DNA from: Felis catus
Taxonomy: Eukaryota
Reading direction: 5' to 3'
DNA length: 64,000 bases
NCBI RefSeq assembly: GCF_018350175.1
Contig: NC_058368.1
Span: 134,232,001 to 134,296,000, forward strand
Both the position numbers and the translations under genes were made by a program. The notes below the pieces were generated by a model, which searched no databases, was not told the origin of the DNA, and saw only the letters and a program-made list of their open reading frames with translations. This document shows, piece after piece, positions 1-13,389 of this stretch (positions within the stretch are counted from its first letter, which is position 1; the number at the start of each line of letters is the position of its first letter).

Positions 1-180
1 CATGTGTGCAATGTATATACACCTTGCAGGTTGAAAGCAAGACCTCGGCTTTATTTTCAAAATCGCATGTACTAGTTTCCTTATTTTAATGTTTCAGATT
101 TTCCATTTTATCATAACCTGTTTGGGGCTTTGTTTTCAGACTAAGAAAAGTTTTATGAATGGTATGAAAGCTTTACTTCT

Positions 181-405
181 TTTTTTTTTTTTAATTTTTT
201 TTCAACATTTATTTATTTTTGGGACAGAGAGAGACAGAGCATGAATGGGGGAGGGGCAGAGAGAGAGGGAGACACAGAATCGGAAACAGGCTCCAGGCTC
301 TGAGCCATCAGCCCAGAGCCTGACGCGGGGCTCGAACTCACGGGCCGCGAGATCGTGACCTGGCTGAAGTCGGACGCTTAACCGACTGCGCCACCCAGGC
401 GCCCC
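181..405 (-). mobile_element. CAN-SINE, young felid SINEC_Fc-type, full length
   Basis: The reverse complement reads ggggcgcctgggtggcgcagtcggttaagcgtccgac, then a (CT)n tract and A tail. Perfect 15-bp TSD gaaagctttacttct at 166-180 and 406-420; CpGs retained. Confidence 0.97.
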
Positions 406-595
406 GAAAGCTTTACTTCTGATCACTTAATGATCCGAATCCATGTTCCTGATAGAAAACTCACAAATAAGTTAATAGACAGTTGGGTAAGGTGTTTTAA
501 TGGAAGTGGCATTGTTAGGGCTCCTTTATTTGCCAGGCAACTGGGCTAGATAGAAGGCAAAGTTTCTCAATCAACAGAAATTTGGGGTAGACTTT

Positions 596-817
596 TAAAA
601 AAACTTTTTTTTTTAACGTTTATTTATTTTTGAGACAGGGAGAGACAGAGCATGAACGGGGGAGGGTCAGAGAGAGAGGGAGACAAAGAATCTGAAACAG
701 GCTCCAGGCCCTGAGGTGTCAGCACAGAGCCCAACGCAGGGCTCGAACTCATGGACCACGAGATCATGACCTGAGCCAAAGTTGGACACTTAACCAACTG
801 AGCCACCCAGGCACCCC
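596..817 (-). mobile_element. CAN-SINE (felid)
   Basis: tRNA-like head, CT tract and A tail on the minus strand; TSD tggggtagacttt at 583-595 and 818-830. Confidence 0.95.
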
Positions 818-1843
818 TGGGGTAGACTTTCTTGCCACAGCTTCCCTGCATACTCAGATAAAGGAAGTATGAAATCCTGAGCAAGCAAATTAATTTTACA
901 AAGCCCTGAGAAGCTGAATTTAACGTTCCAGTGGAGACCATTGGAAAACTATGCTGAGTGCTTTCAGTGAAAATTCTACTTACTGCCCAGCTGTAACCGA
1001 CAGATGTGGTGTTATAACTGGCAGGAAATCAGATTGTTAAGAGACAGCTAACAGAGTGTAACATGATGAATCCAGGGCAACCATGATTCACATGTCTTGA
1101 TTCCAGATTGGGACTCTCTGTTAGGATGTAAAGTACGTTACCCAGATTCATTCCCTTAGAAATTGTTCCAGAGATTTGTCTAGAGACATCAGAACATCCC
1201 ACAAACCCACAAGTTATTTTCTGAACACGTTACTTGTAATATAATGACCACATGAGTTATCATTCAAAATTCTCTTGGGGAAGAATGTGAATTCAGATGG
1301 AATGGTGATATTCTGCCGGGCACAGTGAGAAGTGTAGTCACTGTATTTATGAAGAACTTGCCCATTGGGCCAAGTGTCTGATGAGAGAGAGAGAGAGTGA
1401 CTGGTGGTTTCTCCACCTTCTTGCAGCATGAACAGGAAAACTTGCTTGTTGATAATGCTTCCATGATTGACCAGCAGTGTTACCATAGGTTAACTATTTT
1501 TGAAAGATAGAAATAACTAAATTCGGGTTTTCAGTTAATTTATTAATTTTGTAGCCACTTGTTAAGCTTTTTTTGAAGCAACTTCACCCCTAAGAGTGTC
1601 TGGGACATTGGCTTCCAACCTGCTTCTTGTTGTAACATGCCAGAGTGTGATCAGTCATGAGGTATGTTACAAATGATAGGTAAGGTGTCAAAATTTGTAA
1701 CATTATTTTTATATAAACTTAGATGAAATCAGGGTTACCACAACAATGATATAACTCCCACTTAACCTGTATTCTAAAACGCTTTCTGGAAAAAAAAAAT
1801 CCCAAATGAATTAGACAGAGATGGAGAACCAGCCCCTTATTTT

Positions 1844-2098
1844 ATTTTATTTTATTTTATTTTATTTTATTTTATTTTATTTTATTTTATTTTTTCAACG
1901 TTTATTTATTTTTGGGACAGAGAGAGACAGAGCATGAACGGGGGAGGGCCAGAGAGAGAGGGAGACACAGAACCTGAAACAGGCTCCAGGCTCTGAGCCA
2001 TCAGCCCAGAGCCCGACGCGGGGCTCGAACTCACGGACCGCGAGATCGTGACCTGGCTGAAGTCGGACGCTTAACCGACTGCGCCACCCAGACGCCCC
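1844..2098 (-). mobile_element. CAN-SINE, young SINEC_Fc-type, tail expanded to (TAAAA)n
   Basis: Near-identical to 181-405; TSD agccccttatttt at 1831 and 2101; (TTTTA)n at about 1838-1893. Confidence 0.96.
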
Positions 2099-2189
2099 AT
2101 AGCCCCTTATTTTAAATACCTGCATGAACAGTGTCTCTTATGGCAATGGTTTTCTCACCTGTGTTTAGCCAGGGGAAAATGTTGAGAAT

Positions 2190-2840
2190 CTGTGTTATCT
2201 ATACTTAACTAGGTAAGAAACCAATCCAAACTATAATGGCTTAAAACAAAAACAACATTTACTTTGGTCATACATTTGCAGTTTGGGCAGGACTCATTAG
2301 GGATAGCTTTCTTTTGTCCCACTCAGAATCAGCTGGGTCAGCTCCAAGACTAGAGACTAGAATCATCCAAGGAGTTGCTTACTCTGTTGTCTAGGGAAGG
2401 AAGGTGAATTGTTGTGGCCTAGGACTATGGCACATTGGATTTTGCAAAAGTGGCCACAGTTAGCTATGTATCTGGTCTTCTGTTCTCTGCAGAACCTCGG
2501 CACTCACCCACACATCAAGAAGTGGAGTTTGTGTTCATTTCCCTTGATCCTGGGGAGGGTGGTGAATTCTCTTGAGTATTAGAATATGGCAGAAGTCTTG
2601 CCAGCCTTAACTTTAGAGGCTGGGCATACGCGTAATTGCAGTTAAATCTTGAATCAACGGTGAGGATCAGTCTTATTAGATCTGTGAGTAAATGAGTCTC
2701 CCCTCACCCCAGCTCCCAGGTTTCAAGCCATGCTAGCTGATACCATGCAGTACAGAGATGAGCTGGCCCCACAATGTCTTGTCCAAATTGTAGATTTGTG
2801 AGTAAAATAAATAGGTAGTCATGACAGATAACTGAAGCAC
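2190..2840. mobile_element. MaLR (MLT1-family) LTR relics, probably two fragments
   Basis: MLT1-like motifs: aatggcttaaaacaaaaacaacattta, ttttgcaaaagtggccaca, and ccaaattgtagatttgtgagtaaaataaat...cagataactga. Confidence 0.65.
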
Positions 2841-3594
2841 TTTTCTTTAAAGATTAAAAGATGATGTATTCAAAAAAATTTTAAAGAGCCCAGAGATCAC
2901 TGTGGAACAAGAATAGCTCTATTCATCTTTCCTGCTGATATATTTTTTCTGTATGATTAAATTGACATGAATCTCTTGTCAAATTTCACATCTTTCCGCT
3001 ACAGTGTATACTCTGATTCTCTTTTCTAGAAAGTATCCTTGCTGTAGAATGTAGAGTCAGTACAGCTAAATTGATAATTTGCAGATTTCTATTATCTTTG
3101 GCAACGTGTGCCCCCATATTCTTCACCTCTATCCTCTTATTTCTGAGTTGCTTAATGTGATCATCTTAAAGCCTAATTTTTGAGCTGCATGGTAATGATA
3201 GAAAATTCTTATTATATCATTGTTGGTGAATGCCAAGGTTTCAGAGCTTTGGTGTTAGGGTGAGTCCAACTTAATGAATGTACATAGGGACATTATGTGA
3301 CAGTGTGTAATGGAAGATAAATAAGGCAAAGTTTCTTTTAATAGGATTTTTCTGTCTTCACCTTGTTCCATATTAAATAGGAACACATTGACGTATGGTT
3401 TTGCTTCTGAAATGTCACTGTGCTGTTTATTTATCGTAAGAATTCTGATAAATGTCAGCATTTTCACTTTTCAGAGATAATAAATGATAAACAGTGCTTT
3501 AAAATTTACACGAATTTATCATGCAAGTTTTTTCCTTCAGATGTGAGCCATGCTGTCTTTCTGTTCTTTGAGAATCTGCATCAGAGACCATCTA

Positions 3595-3770
3595 GTGCAG
3601 AAATACTCAAACTTTATATGCATAGGAATCACCTAGGTGGCTTGTTAAATAACTGATTGCTGTGCCCGGGTCCCAGAATCTGGTATTCAGTAGTAGAGTG
3701 GAGCCCAAGAATTTGCATTTGTAACAGTACGGCTGCTCCAGGGATCACGCTTTGAAAACTATTGATCTAG
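3595..3770. mobile_element. MER5A-like hAT-Charlie MITE
   Basis: Motifs ctcaaacttt, gaatcacctagg, gagcccaagaatttgcattt and cacgctttgaaaacta in MER5A order. Confidence 0.75.
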
Positions 3771-4766
3771 AGAAACAAGATAAAGGCCTATTGTGTGTGT
3801 AGAGCTTTTTCTAAAAGCCACTCTTTGGAATAAACTCTAAATGTAAAACAGCTCTCAAGTCACCACCTGACAAAATAATTTTCATTCATCCAGAGGTTAG
3901 ATAAGCCATTTCTCTGTGCCACATTTCATCACACATTGGGGTAAAGTTAAGAGAGGAAACAAATTGGTTCTTTCAGTCTGAATGTCATCGAGTTCTAAAT
4001 GGATTCCAAAATTGAGGATGTGTCATGAGAAAGTTAATGCCGGCATTTCTCACAGATGCACAACTGGAGGATTTAGTTAGTGTTGATGATTTGGTTTTAA
4101 AATAGCCAGAAGTCTGCCTCAAAAATATCAGTAATAAAAGATGCAGAAGACACTTCAGATTGTTCCTGTGGGCTCAAAGACGGAACCAGTTCTGGTCCAG
4201 ATGCCGTGGGTATCTGAGTCTCGAGAAAGGGGCAGAGTCCTCACGGAAAGAATGATAGGGTTTCTTTTCCAAACTTCTGAGAGAGGAACATCTGCAACCC
4301 TAAAGACTTTCTTTCAGTCTTCTAAATATTTTCAACGAACTGGACCTAGTCACATTATTCAAAGAGATGGCCTAGCCAGTGTGCTCTAGGCCAGCCCTGG
4401 AATCATTGCATCATTATTACAGTAGTTACTGTGAAAATTTTCTTCTAACTCCTTTTTTCTCTATATGTGCTCATTTAAATAGGTTTATGATTTTCAAAAA
4501 TATAAATTGAGCATCATATTATAGAATTTTAAAGAAGTCAAATGGTTTTTAAAAATTAAAGCATGTAAATAGGGAAAAAAAGGAAGACAATTATAACTGA
4601 CATATACCCTTCCCACCCCAGGTATTACCTTTATTTACATTTCAGTTTGATCTCTTCAGATATTTTTATATGTATATAAATGCATTTGTCTGAAAGTGGA
4701 ATTTTCTGCTTTGCCTCTTTTTTTACTTATAAGATCATTATAGTAAATATTGATGTATTTTTTTTT

Positions 4767-4980
4767 GTTTTTTCTTAAATTTTTTTTAATCTTTATTTTG
4801 AGAGAGAGACAGAGTGTGAGCAGGGGAGGAGCTGAGGGGAGAAAGACACAGAATCAGAAGCAGGCTCCAGGCCCTGAGCTGTCAGTACACAGCCCAACAC
4901 GGGGCTCGAACTCACGAACTGTGAGGTCATGACCTGAGCCGAAGTCTGATGCTCAATGGACTGAGCCACCCAGGCGCCCC
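4767..4980 (-). mobile_element. CAN-SINE (felid)
   Basis: SINE body; TSD gatgtattttttttt at 4752 and 4981. Confidence 0.95.
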
Positions 4981-5130
4981 GATGTATTTTTTTTCTTAGA
5001 TAAATTCCCATAAAAAGGATTCACATATTAAAATGAGTAGTTTTTTTTTTGCTTTGTTAAATTAATTTTCAGAAAGTTGTACCAGTTTATTCTCTGATAA
5101 ACACTAAGAGTACTTTATTCCCTGACTCTC

Positions 5131-5330
5131 TTTTTTTAATTTTTAAATTATTTTTCATTTTAGAGAGAGTGGGCGCAGAAGCGGGAAAGAAGGGTGGAAA
5201 GGGAGAGAGAGAATCTTAAGCAGACTTGACGCTCAGCAGGGAGCCCAGGGTGGGGCTCAGTTCCATGATCTTGGGGTCATGACCTGAACGAAAACCAAGA
5301 ATCGGGTGCTCAACAGAGTCACCCAGGTGT
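5131..5330 (-). mobile_element. older CAN-SINE
   Basis: Diverged body with gagagagaatcttaagcagac and gtcatgacctgaac. Confidence 0.85.
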
Positions 5331-5389
5331 GTCTATGCCCTCATTCTTAAAGATACTATTATCTTGAAAATATCTTCAGCATTTCGATG

Positions 5390-6240
5390 GGTCAAAAATG
5401 GTGCCCATTATGTTTTGTGATGCATTCCTTTTTTTATAAACAAAATTTTCATAGGTTGGTTGACTATTTGTATTTCTTATATTCTGAATTATCTGGCCAT
5501 AGCTGATATGTATTTTTCTATTTTCATTTTTTTCTTTATTTGTAGGACATTTTGTTAGATCTTAAGGATATGTTGTAATTTTTAAAACCAGTGTGTCATT
5601 TGCCTTTTCAAGTTTTCAGAGTATTTTTTTTACATATAGAAGTTACAGTTTTTGTGGTGCCTGATACAAAAGTTAGCTGTTGTTGTTTTAAAATTTATGG
5701 TGCCTGAAAAGGCCAGAGATTTTTGGTTTTTTTTCCACTTATTAAAAATACCCATTTATTTTTTATTGTTGCTAATATTAGTGAATTTATTCTTTGTTCC
5801 TTTTGTTCATGCGTTTTTATAATCATCACCGCAATCAAGATAGACACATTACTAGGGCTCTTAGAATAATCTTTTGTGCTTTCACTCAGGTATTTCCTAA
5901 CTCCTAAAGGTAACCAGACTCTGCTTTTCCATCAAAATAAACTAGTTTTCTTGATTTTAGATTCATAGAATTGGAGTAAAACGATATATGCTTTTTTTGT
6001 GTATGGAATATTTCACTCAACATTAAGTTCATGAGAGTCATCCTTTTTGTAACTAATGAGAGTAGCTTATTCTTTTATTTTTCATTGACATAAAATACAT
6101 AATTGCTTAAATATACCAAAATTTGTGATTCCTCCTGCTTTTATTGAACATTTGGTAATTTACAGTTCAGGGCTATTGCAAATAGTGACATTCTTGGACT
6201 TGTTTTTTGATGCACATATGTATGTGCTTTTGTTGGATTG
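5390..6240 (-). mobile_element. ancient L1M fragments
   Basis: T-rich antisense L1 ORF2/3' end motifs such as tttcactcaacattaagttcatgaga and cagttcagggctattgcaaatagtg. Confidence 0.6.
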
Positions 6241-6805
6241 AAGAATTCCAAAGGGTATGTGAGTAAATATTTAGGCATTTTTATTATTACTTAAATAAAT
6301 GTACAAGGTAATTGACAGTTCAGACAATAATAATTATAATGTATGGGGCCTATGAGATAAGTATTAGTAATATGTATGAAGAAAGCAGCACAAATATTGG
6401 AAGGGGAGAAATGAAAGTAGAGAGTGATAAAGTTTTTGGACTGTGTACGTAAATGGTCTAATATCACATGAAAGCAGACTATGACAAGCTAAAGATGTAT
6501 AGTATAAACTTAAATCAAGTTTTAAAATAAAAAACAAAAAGTTCTTGCTAATAATACAACAGAGAAAACTGGAGTCTATAAAAAAATCCAAAAGTAAACA
6601 GAAAAATATAAGGGAACAAAGAAGAGATGAGATAAATGTAAAACAAATATCATGATGGTATATTTAAATACAACCATATAAATAATCTTTTTAAATTTAT
6701 ATAACCTAGATACTACATTTAGAAGGCAGAGATTGGCAGATTAAATGAAAAAAATAAATAGGACCCAAGTATATGCTGTCTACTTTAAAGAAACCCACTT
6801 TAAAA

Positions 6806-7017
6806 ATTTTTTTATAAGGTTTATTTATTATTGGGAGACAGAGACAGACCATGAGCATGGGAGGGACAGAGAGACAGGGAGTCACAGAATCCGAAGTAGG
6901 CTCCAGCCTCTGAGCTGGCAGCACAGAGCCCAATGCAGGGCTTGAACTTACAAACCGCTAGATGATGACCTGAGCTGAAGTCGGACGCTCAACCGACTGA
7001 GCCACCCAGGTGTCCCC
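6806..7017 (-). mobile_element. CAN-SINE nested in L1
   Basis: SINE body flanked by the repeat taaagaaacccactttaaa. Confidence 0.93.
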
Positions 7018-7557
7018 CCATTTTTAAAAAAGATTTTTTTAAATAAAGAAACCCACTTTAAATGTAAAGATAAAATTGATTTAAAGAGAGAAGCTTGAAC
7101 AAAGTTATACCATGCTAACACTAATCAAAAGGAAACTAGATTGGCTCTGTTAATATTAGACAAAGTATATTTCAGAGCAAAGACTGTTAGTGGGGATAAA
7201 AGTCATTTTAGAATGATTGAAAGGTTAATTCATTAAGAGGACATAGAAATCAAAAACATTTATTTACTTGTGAACATAGTTTCAAAATACACAAAGCAAA
7301 ACCTGATAGAATTGTAAGGATAAAGAGCCAACTCCACACAATGGGAATTAGATATTTCAATACCCCCTTAGTACATGATAGAACAGACAGGAAATCACTA
7401 ATAGAGAAAACTCAAACACTATAAATCTAATACATTCTCATAGTACATTGCATTCAACATTAGCAAAATGCAGTCCCTTCAAGTATACACAATACATGTA
7501 ATAAGATATATATCTATCTTTATATATATATATATCTTTATATATATATATATATAA

Positions 7558-7761
7558 TTTTTTTAATGTTTATTTTGAGACAGAGAGAGAGACAGAGACA
7601 AGTGGGGGAGGGTCAGAGAGAGAGGGAGACAGGATCTGATGCAGGCTCCAGGCTTTGAGCTGTCAGCACAGAGCCCAGAGGGGGGTGGGAACCCACAAGC
7701 TATGACATCATGACCTGAACCAAAGTCAGATGCTCAACTAATTGCACCACCCAGGTGCCCC
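7558..7761 (-). mobile_element. CAN-SINE nested in L1, (TA)n beside the tail
   Basis: SINE body; flanking taagatatat at 7502 and 7762. Confidence 0.92.
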
Positions 7762-7907
7762 TAAGATATATATTATTTTATGCCACAGAACAACTGTAAA
7801 TACATTTAAAAGGATTCAAGATGTATATTATATGTACAAAGGAATTAAATTAGAAATCAATAACAGACAGCTGCCCAAAGTCCCAATATGTATCGACTAA
7901 GTAACAC

Positions 7908-8116
7908 TTTTTTTTAACACTTTTTTCACTTTTTTAATGTTAATTTCTTTACTTTTGAGAGAGAGGGGAGTATGCGCATGCACATAAACAGGGGAAGGGC
8001 AGAAAGAGAGGGAGAGAGAATCCCCATGCAGGGTTAGAACTCACAAACCATGAGATAATGACATGAGCTGAAATCAAGAGTAGAGCGCTTAACCAGCTGA
8101 GCCACCCAGGTTCCCC
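7908..8116 (-). mobile_element. CAN-SINE (internally deleted) nested in L1
   Basis: gagagagaatcccc, then gacatgagctgaaatcaagag and gccacccagg. Confidence 0.88.
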
Positions 8117-8949
8117 TAAATAACATGTTTCTAAATAACCTATGGATTGAATAAGAAATCAGAAAGGCAACTAGAAAGTATTTGGAACTGAAAAAAGCGA
8201 TGGGGGGGGTATATTAAACACAAAGTAAACAGTGGAAGGAAGTAACGTATATCAGAGAAGAAATCAATAAAATAGAAAAGAAATACAATTAAGACTACCA
8301 AACCCAAAAGCTGATTTTTCAAGAATATAAAATTGCTAAAACTCTAGACAACTAAACAGGAAAAAAAAATGAGAAAGGATTCAAACTGCCAGTATCAGAA
8401 ATGAAGAAAAGGAACATCATTACAGATTCCACAGATAGTCAAAAAATAAGGGACTACTATTAAAAAACTTTATCCCAATAAATTTGACAAAGGCATGAAA
8501 TGGTCAAATTCCGTAAAGGCGCTAAATACCCAGGCACACTCAAAAACAAATAGAGAGCATCAATAGCTATATATAACAGAAAAAGAAACTGAATTTTTAG
8601 TTAGGAATCTTCTCACAAAGAAAATTCCAGGCAACATGGCTTCACTGGTGAATTCTACCAAACACCTAAGGGATAAATAACACCAGTTTTTCACAAACTC
8701 TTCCAAACAATTGAAGAGGAGGAAATAATTGCAAACTCATGCTATGAAGCCAGCATTACCTTGATAGCAAAACAAGACAGACATGACAAGAAAAGAAAAC
8801 CACAGACTAATATTCCAAATAAACATAGCTGTAAAAATTCTAAACACAAATTTAGCTAAATGAATGTAACCACATATAAAAAGGATACTACATAGTGACC
8901 AGGAATGGTTGATTCCAGGAATGCAAGGTTAGTTCACATTGAAAAATCA

Positions 8950-9077
8950 AAAAAACAAAAAGAAGTTCAGAGATACAAAGAACAGATTGATGGTTGCCAG
9001 AGGCGAGTTGGGGATTGGGAGAATTGGGTGAAGGGGGTCAAAAGCTAAAAAGGAAAACATAAATAAGTAAATATGGA
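8950..9077 (+). mobile_element. short younger L1 3' UTR fragment inserted in the older L1
   Basis: aacagattgatggttgccagagg...gggtgaagggggtcaaaag (L1MA/L1_Carn-type 3' UTR); TSD aaaaatca at 8942-8949 and 9078-9085. Confidence 0.75.
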
Positions 9078-11499
9078 AAAAATCAGCGTGACTCACTACA
9101 TTAACTAAAACCCAAAACCACATGATTATTTGTGGAAAAATATCTGGCAAAATTCAACATGTATCCATAAGTTACAATGCTGCTGCATTCTCTGCAAAAG
9201 TTCTGTGAGACACACTTAATGGATAGGTAGAACTAACCTGTATTTGGGGCTCCTATAGATTCTAATCTAATGCAAGCCCTGGAGGTCAATAAAAGTGCCC
9301 CTCATTTCTTTGCTTAAATAGAGCTTCTCTGCCTCTGCCATGTCTCTCCTTTCCCATGCCCATTCATTTCTAGGAAGGGACAGTTCGTCACTTGTTTCTG
9401 CTCATGTGGAAATGTCTTGCTCCTCTCTGGGACATAGTTTCTTTAACTTGCTTTGTGCCCATAGTTCTCTAGTGTTTTTAATAAAATACATATTTTTTAA
9501 ATAAAATACACAACTTTAATGCATTATTTTTTTCCCAGTTGTTATGGCAGGAGGAATGGTCTATCACTACCTTCTACATCCTACCAGGGAGAGGAGATCT
9601 GTTTTAAAGGAATTAAAAGTAACCAAACAAGCATGAAGGAACTTACAAAGGAATATATAAAGAATTGTCAATACATATACATATATATATATATATATAT
9701 TTTGTATATATATATATGAAAGCCAGCAGCTCAATTAAAAAAAATAAGCAAAAGATATTTACAGAAACTTTACCAAAGAAGATACAGAGGTGGCAAATGA
9801 ATACATTGAAAGATGTTCATAACCATTAGTCACTAGGAAAATGCAAATTAAGACCACAGTGAGATACCTTTACATGTTTATTAGAATGGCTAAAAGTAAA
9901 AAGTCTGATTATAGCAAATGTTGACAAGGAATAGGAATAGGAAGGGCTAGGATTCTCATATACGCCTCATGAGAATAGCCAATTAGAATAACAGTTTGGC
10001 AGTTTCTTAAAAAGTTAAATATACACTTACCATATGGTTGGTATATATGATCCATCCATTTCACAGCTAGATATTTACACAAGAGAAGAGAACACATATG
10101 TCCATGCAAAGACTTGTACACAAGTGTTCATACCAGCTTTATTTGTAATAGCTTCAAAAGTGGAAGCAATCACATGTTCAACAACAGGTGAAATGGGTAA
10201 ACAAATGTAGTGTATCTATACCCTGGAAAGCTATCCAGCAGTAAAACACAGGAACTGTCGATCATGTAACAACATGAATGAATCCCAAAATAATAATGCA
10301 GAGTGAAAGAATCCAGACACAGAAAGACTATATGTTGTATGTTTCGTCATAGATAAAATTCTAAAAAGCAAGCGGTCTTTAGTGACAAGAAAGCAAATCA
10401 GTTGTTGACTCAGAACGTAAAAAGCAGGGAGAAGTAGCAGGGATTGACTATAAAAGAGCCCAGCAGCACTTTGGGGCATGTCTATATTCATTGTCTCGAC
10501 TGATATATATTATGATATGTGATAATGTCAAAACTTGCCAAGTTGTGCATTTTAAGTATTTGCAATGTGTTGTGCATCAATTACACCTTAAGGAAGCTGC
10601 AATTTTTTTTTCAAAAAAGGAAACTTGGGCATATTTTTGGCCTCAATTTTGGGATATGGGTCCACACTACATGCATGACTGTTGCTATTTCAGTAGTGTA
10701 ACAACTGAGGAATGGCATTATAAGTATATGAGGATGAAATAATTTTATGTAAGCTTATAACACAGCATCAGTGGAGAAGAGAGAATGGGATTCAGGTGGC
10801 AGAACTGACTTTTGTCAAGTGACAATAGTAGCTCTTTTATGTTTCAGGATTCTTGGAGAAGTAAGATTTCATTCCCACACCACCTCCCACCCCCCGCCTG
10901 TATTTGACATCCTAGCAGCCAGTGTTTATTTAGACTATGATTTCTCTACTCCGGCATCCTATTTCCCCACATAGGAGGCAGGACATAATAACTGACGTTG
11001 GGACAAAAACTGAGAAAGACAGCTTTTGGGGTATCCTCCAAGGCTTGGTTCACATTTACTTGCTACCTGTGATGTATATTTGCTATCTTTTATGTTCCTC
11101 TAATGTACATGTGACAGAAACACACAGAAACTAGTTTGTGTCTTTCTAGTTAGCTCAGGGATAGATATATACATAATGTTAATTGATACGCGCATCTAGA
11201 GCTCTTTGAGCACAATCCTGTCAGCGATAGAGGGGAGGAGAGGCTTTTGTACCCAGCCAACTATGCCAGATTAGCAAATGTGTGGGCAAATTGAAAGTAC
11301 TTTACCGTAAGAAATATGTACTTTATTTCTTAAACGTTCCCATTTCCAATTGACTCTGCTTCCGCCCTGATTTTAAGAAATTTCCTTTAGTAAATACCAA
11401 ACTTACTTAATTAGAAAATAGTTAAAGTGAGATTTTACTTTCAAGTTTAGCAGAAATATTCAGGGAGATCAGCAAAGCCTCAAGATTAGAAGGTATATG

Positions 11500-11801
11500 C
11501 CTGCCTGTCTTTCTCTCTCTCTCTCTGTCAAAAATAAATAAAGCTTAAAAAAAGGGGGTGGGCGCCTGGGTGACTCAGTCAGTTCGGCATCCAACTTTGG
11601 CTCAGGTCATGATCTCGCGGTTCGTGAGTTCAAGCCCCACATCGGGCTCTGTGCTGACAGCTCGGAGCTTGGAACCTGCTTTGGATTCTGTGTCTCCCTC
11701 TCTCTGCTCCTCCTCCACTCATGCTCTGTCTCTGTCTCTGTCTCTCTGTCTCTCTGTCTCTCTCAAAAATAAATAAAGCTTAAAAAAATAAAATAAAAAA
11801 T
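11500..11801 (+). mobile_element. composite CAN-SINE: 3' tail fragment plus full-length copy
   Basis: Fragment 11500-11553 followed by a full SINE 11554-11801; TSD aaggtatatg at 11490-11499 and 11802-11811. Confidence 0.92.
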
Positions 11802-12134
11802 AAGGTATATGTCACAGTAGTGTTGATTCATTCAGCCACTCAGTTAACAGATATTTTCTATACTTTCATTAAATAACATTTTTATATGGCTAATCTTTTA
11901 TGGATGGGGTTTTAAGTTGTTTCCAATTTTTTATGATTGCAAACAAATACAAAAGATATGTGCATGTGTCTGTGCTTATATAATATTAGGTTGTATGTGC
12001 AACTTTTTCCATTAAACCTATTCCTAAAAGTGGAATTGCTGGGTCAATGGTATAAATATTTTAAATTTGTGCAGATATTGCCAAGTTTATTTTCTGTGTT
12101 GAGAGAATTTAGCTGTGGATTTTATCTTTGACCT

Positions 12135-12480
12135 TGGCTAGAGTATTTTTGCACATACATAGTCGGAAGCCAGATTCTAGGAATGCAGGGAAGGGAAGAA
12201 AAAGATGCAGCCAGTGGAAAAACTTTCTTCAAAATTTGGTGATGATACTGGGGTTTAAAGGCGAGTCCCCTTCTCCCAATTGAAGACAACTTTGCGGGGC
12301 ATTGTCAGCTTCTGAGTTCTCATAGTGATCATCTGAAGCCTCTGTTGTGATATTGTAACTGAATTACAGCTCACTTTCTCCTTCTACACCATCGATATCC
12401 CTTCATCCTCCCAAAGGTGTTGATCTGGGAGATAAAGTTCCTGGAAACTAATCTCTGCCTCAGTCGTCTTCTCAGGCTTC
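12135..12480 (+). mobile_element. ERVL LTR relic (LTR16-like)
   Basis: ctttctccttct...aaggtgttgatctggg...ctaatctctgcctcag motifs typical of the LTR16 3' half. Confidence 0.6.
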
Positions 12481-12539
12481 ACACACACATTTGCCAATCT
12501 CGTATTCTATTCCAAGTAAATTATATCTTTGAAAACTAA

Positions 12540-13320
12540 AGTATAAATCAATCCTTTTTTGGGCAATCAAAAACTAAGAGGATTCTTTGCAATAGGCCTA
12601 CCCTACAAGAACTCAAAAGAATTTCTTCGAACAAAGGGAAATGATCACATATGGAAGCACAGATTTTCAGGGAGAAAGGAAGAGTACTAAAAAGGATATA
12701 CAGGTGGGTGAATATAAAAGTAAGTTAAAAAAAAGGCAAACAAAAAAGTAGCAGTGCATGATGAGGTTTATAACATGTGTAGAAGTAAAATATATGACAA
12801 CAATAACAAAACGCAGAGTGAGTGGTAAAAATAACATTTGTGATATCTTAAAATATTCAAGGTAAACTATAATTTTGGCACATATATTAACTTCCAATCT
12901 AACTATTAAAAATAGTACAAAAAGATATAGCTAAAAATCCAGCCAAAGAAATACAGTGAATAACAAAAAACATTTGTTTGACTAGAAGTAAGGAAGAGAA
13001 GAACGAAAGATCAAAGCACAGATGAGACAATTGGAAAACAGGTAGCAAATGGAAGACAATTTCAACTATGTCAGTAATTACATTTGACAATAAATGGGCT
13101 AAACATTCTAGTTGAAAGAAATGATTAGAATGGAGGAAGACACATTCACACGCACTCTCTCCGGCTTGGCCTCAAAATAGTGAGACACTTTGTAGGGGTT
13201 TGAAACTATCCTTACAGTGGAATTTTGCCTATAGAATGTTCACACACACGTGCATGCAGGCACACATGCATATATTTATATATGCTATTTACAAGAGGCA
13301 TACTTCACATAATACATCAC
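12540..13320 (+). mobile_element. L1M relic (ORF1 end to ORF2 start)
   Basis: cctaccctacaagaa, aaatgggctaaaca and tatatgctatttacaagaggcatactt. Confidence 0.75.
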
Positions 13321-13389
13321 ACATAACACTTGAAGGATGCTGTGACCATTCTTTCTTTACAAAGGTGTGATTGCCTCACTGGGCTTCAG

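Larger units (their letters stand above)
6270..10600 (+). mobile_element. decayed L1 (L1MD-like 3' end), inter-ORF region through ORF2 to 3' UTR, with an internal deletion and nested inserts
   Basis: EN-domain motif gacccaagtatatgctgtctac, ggcttcactggtgaattctaccaaaca, and ccaggaatgcaagg. The 3' end reads gtcaaaacttgccaagttgtgcattttaag...aattacacct. Many stops and frameshifts. Confidence 0.88.

Noticed and set aside
7018..7045. About 25 extra A/T-rich bases between a SINE 5' end and its apparent TSD
   Set aside because: Too low in complexity to distinguish a nested A-tail insertion from a degenerate TSD.
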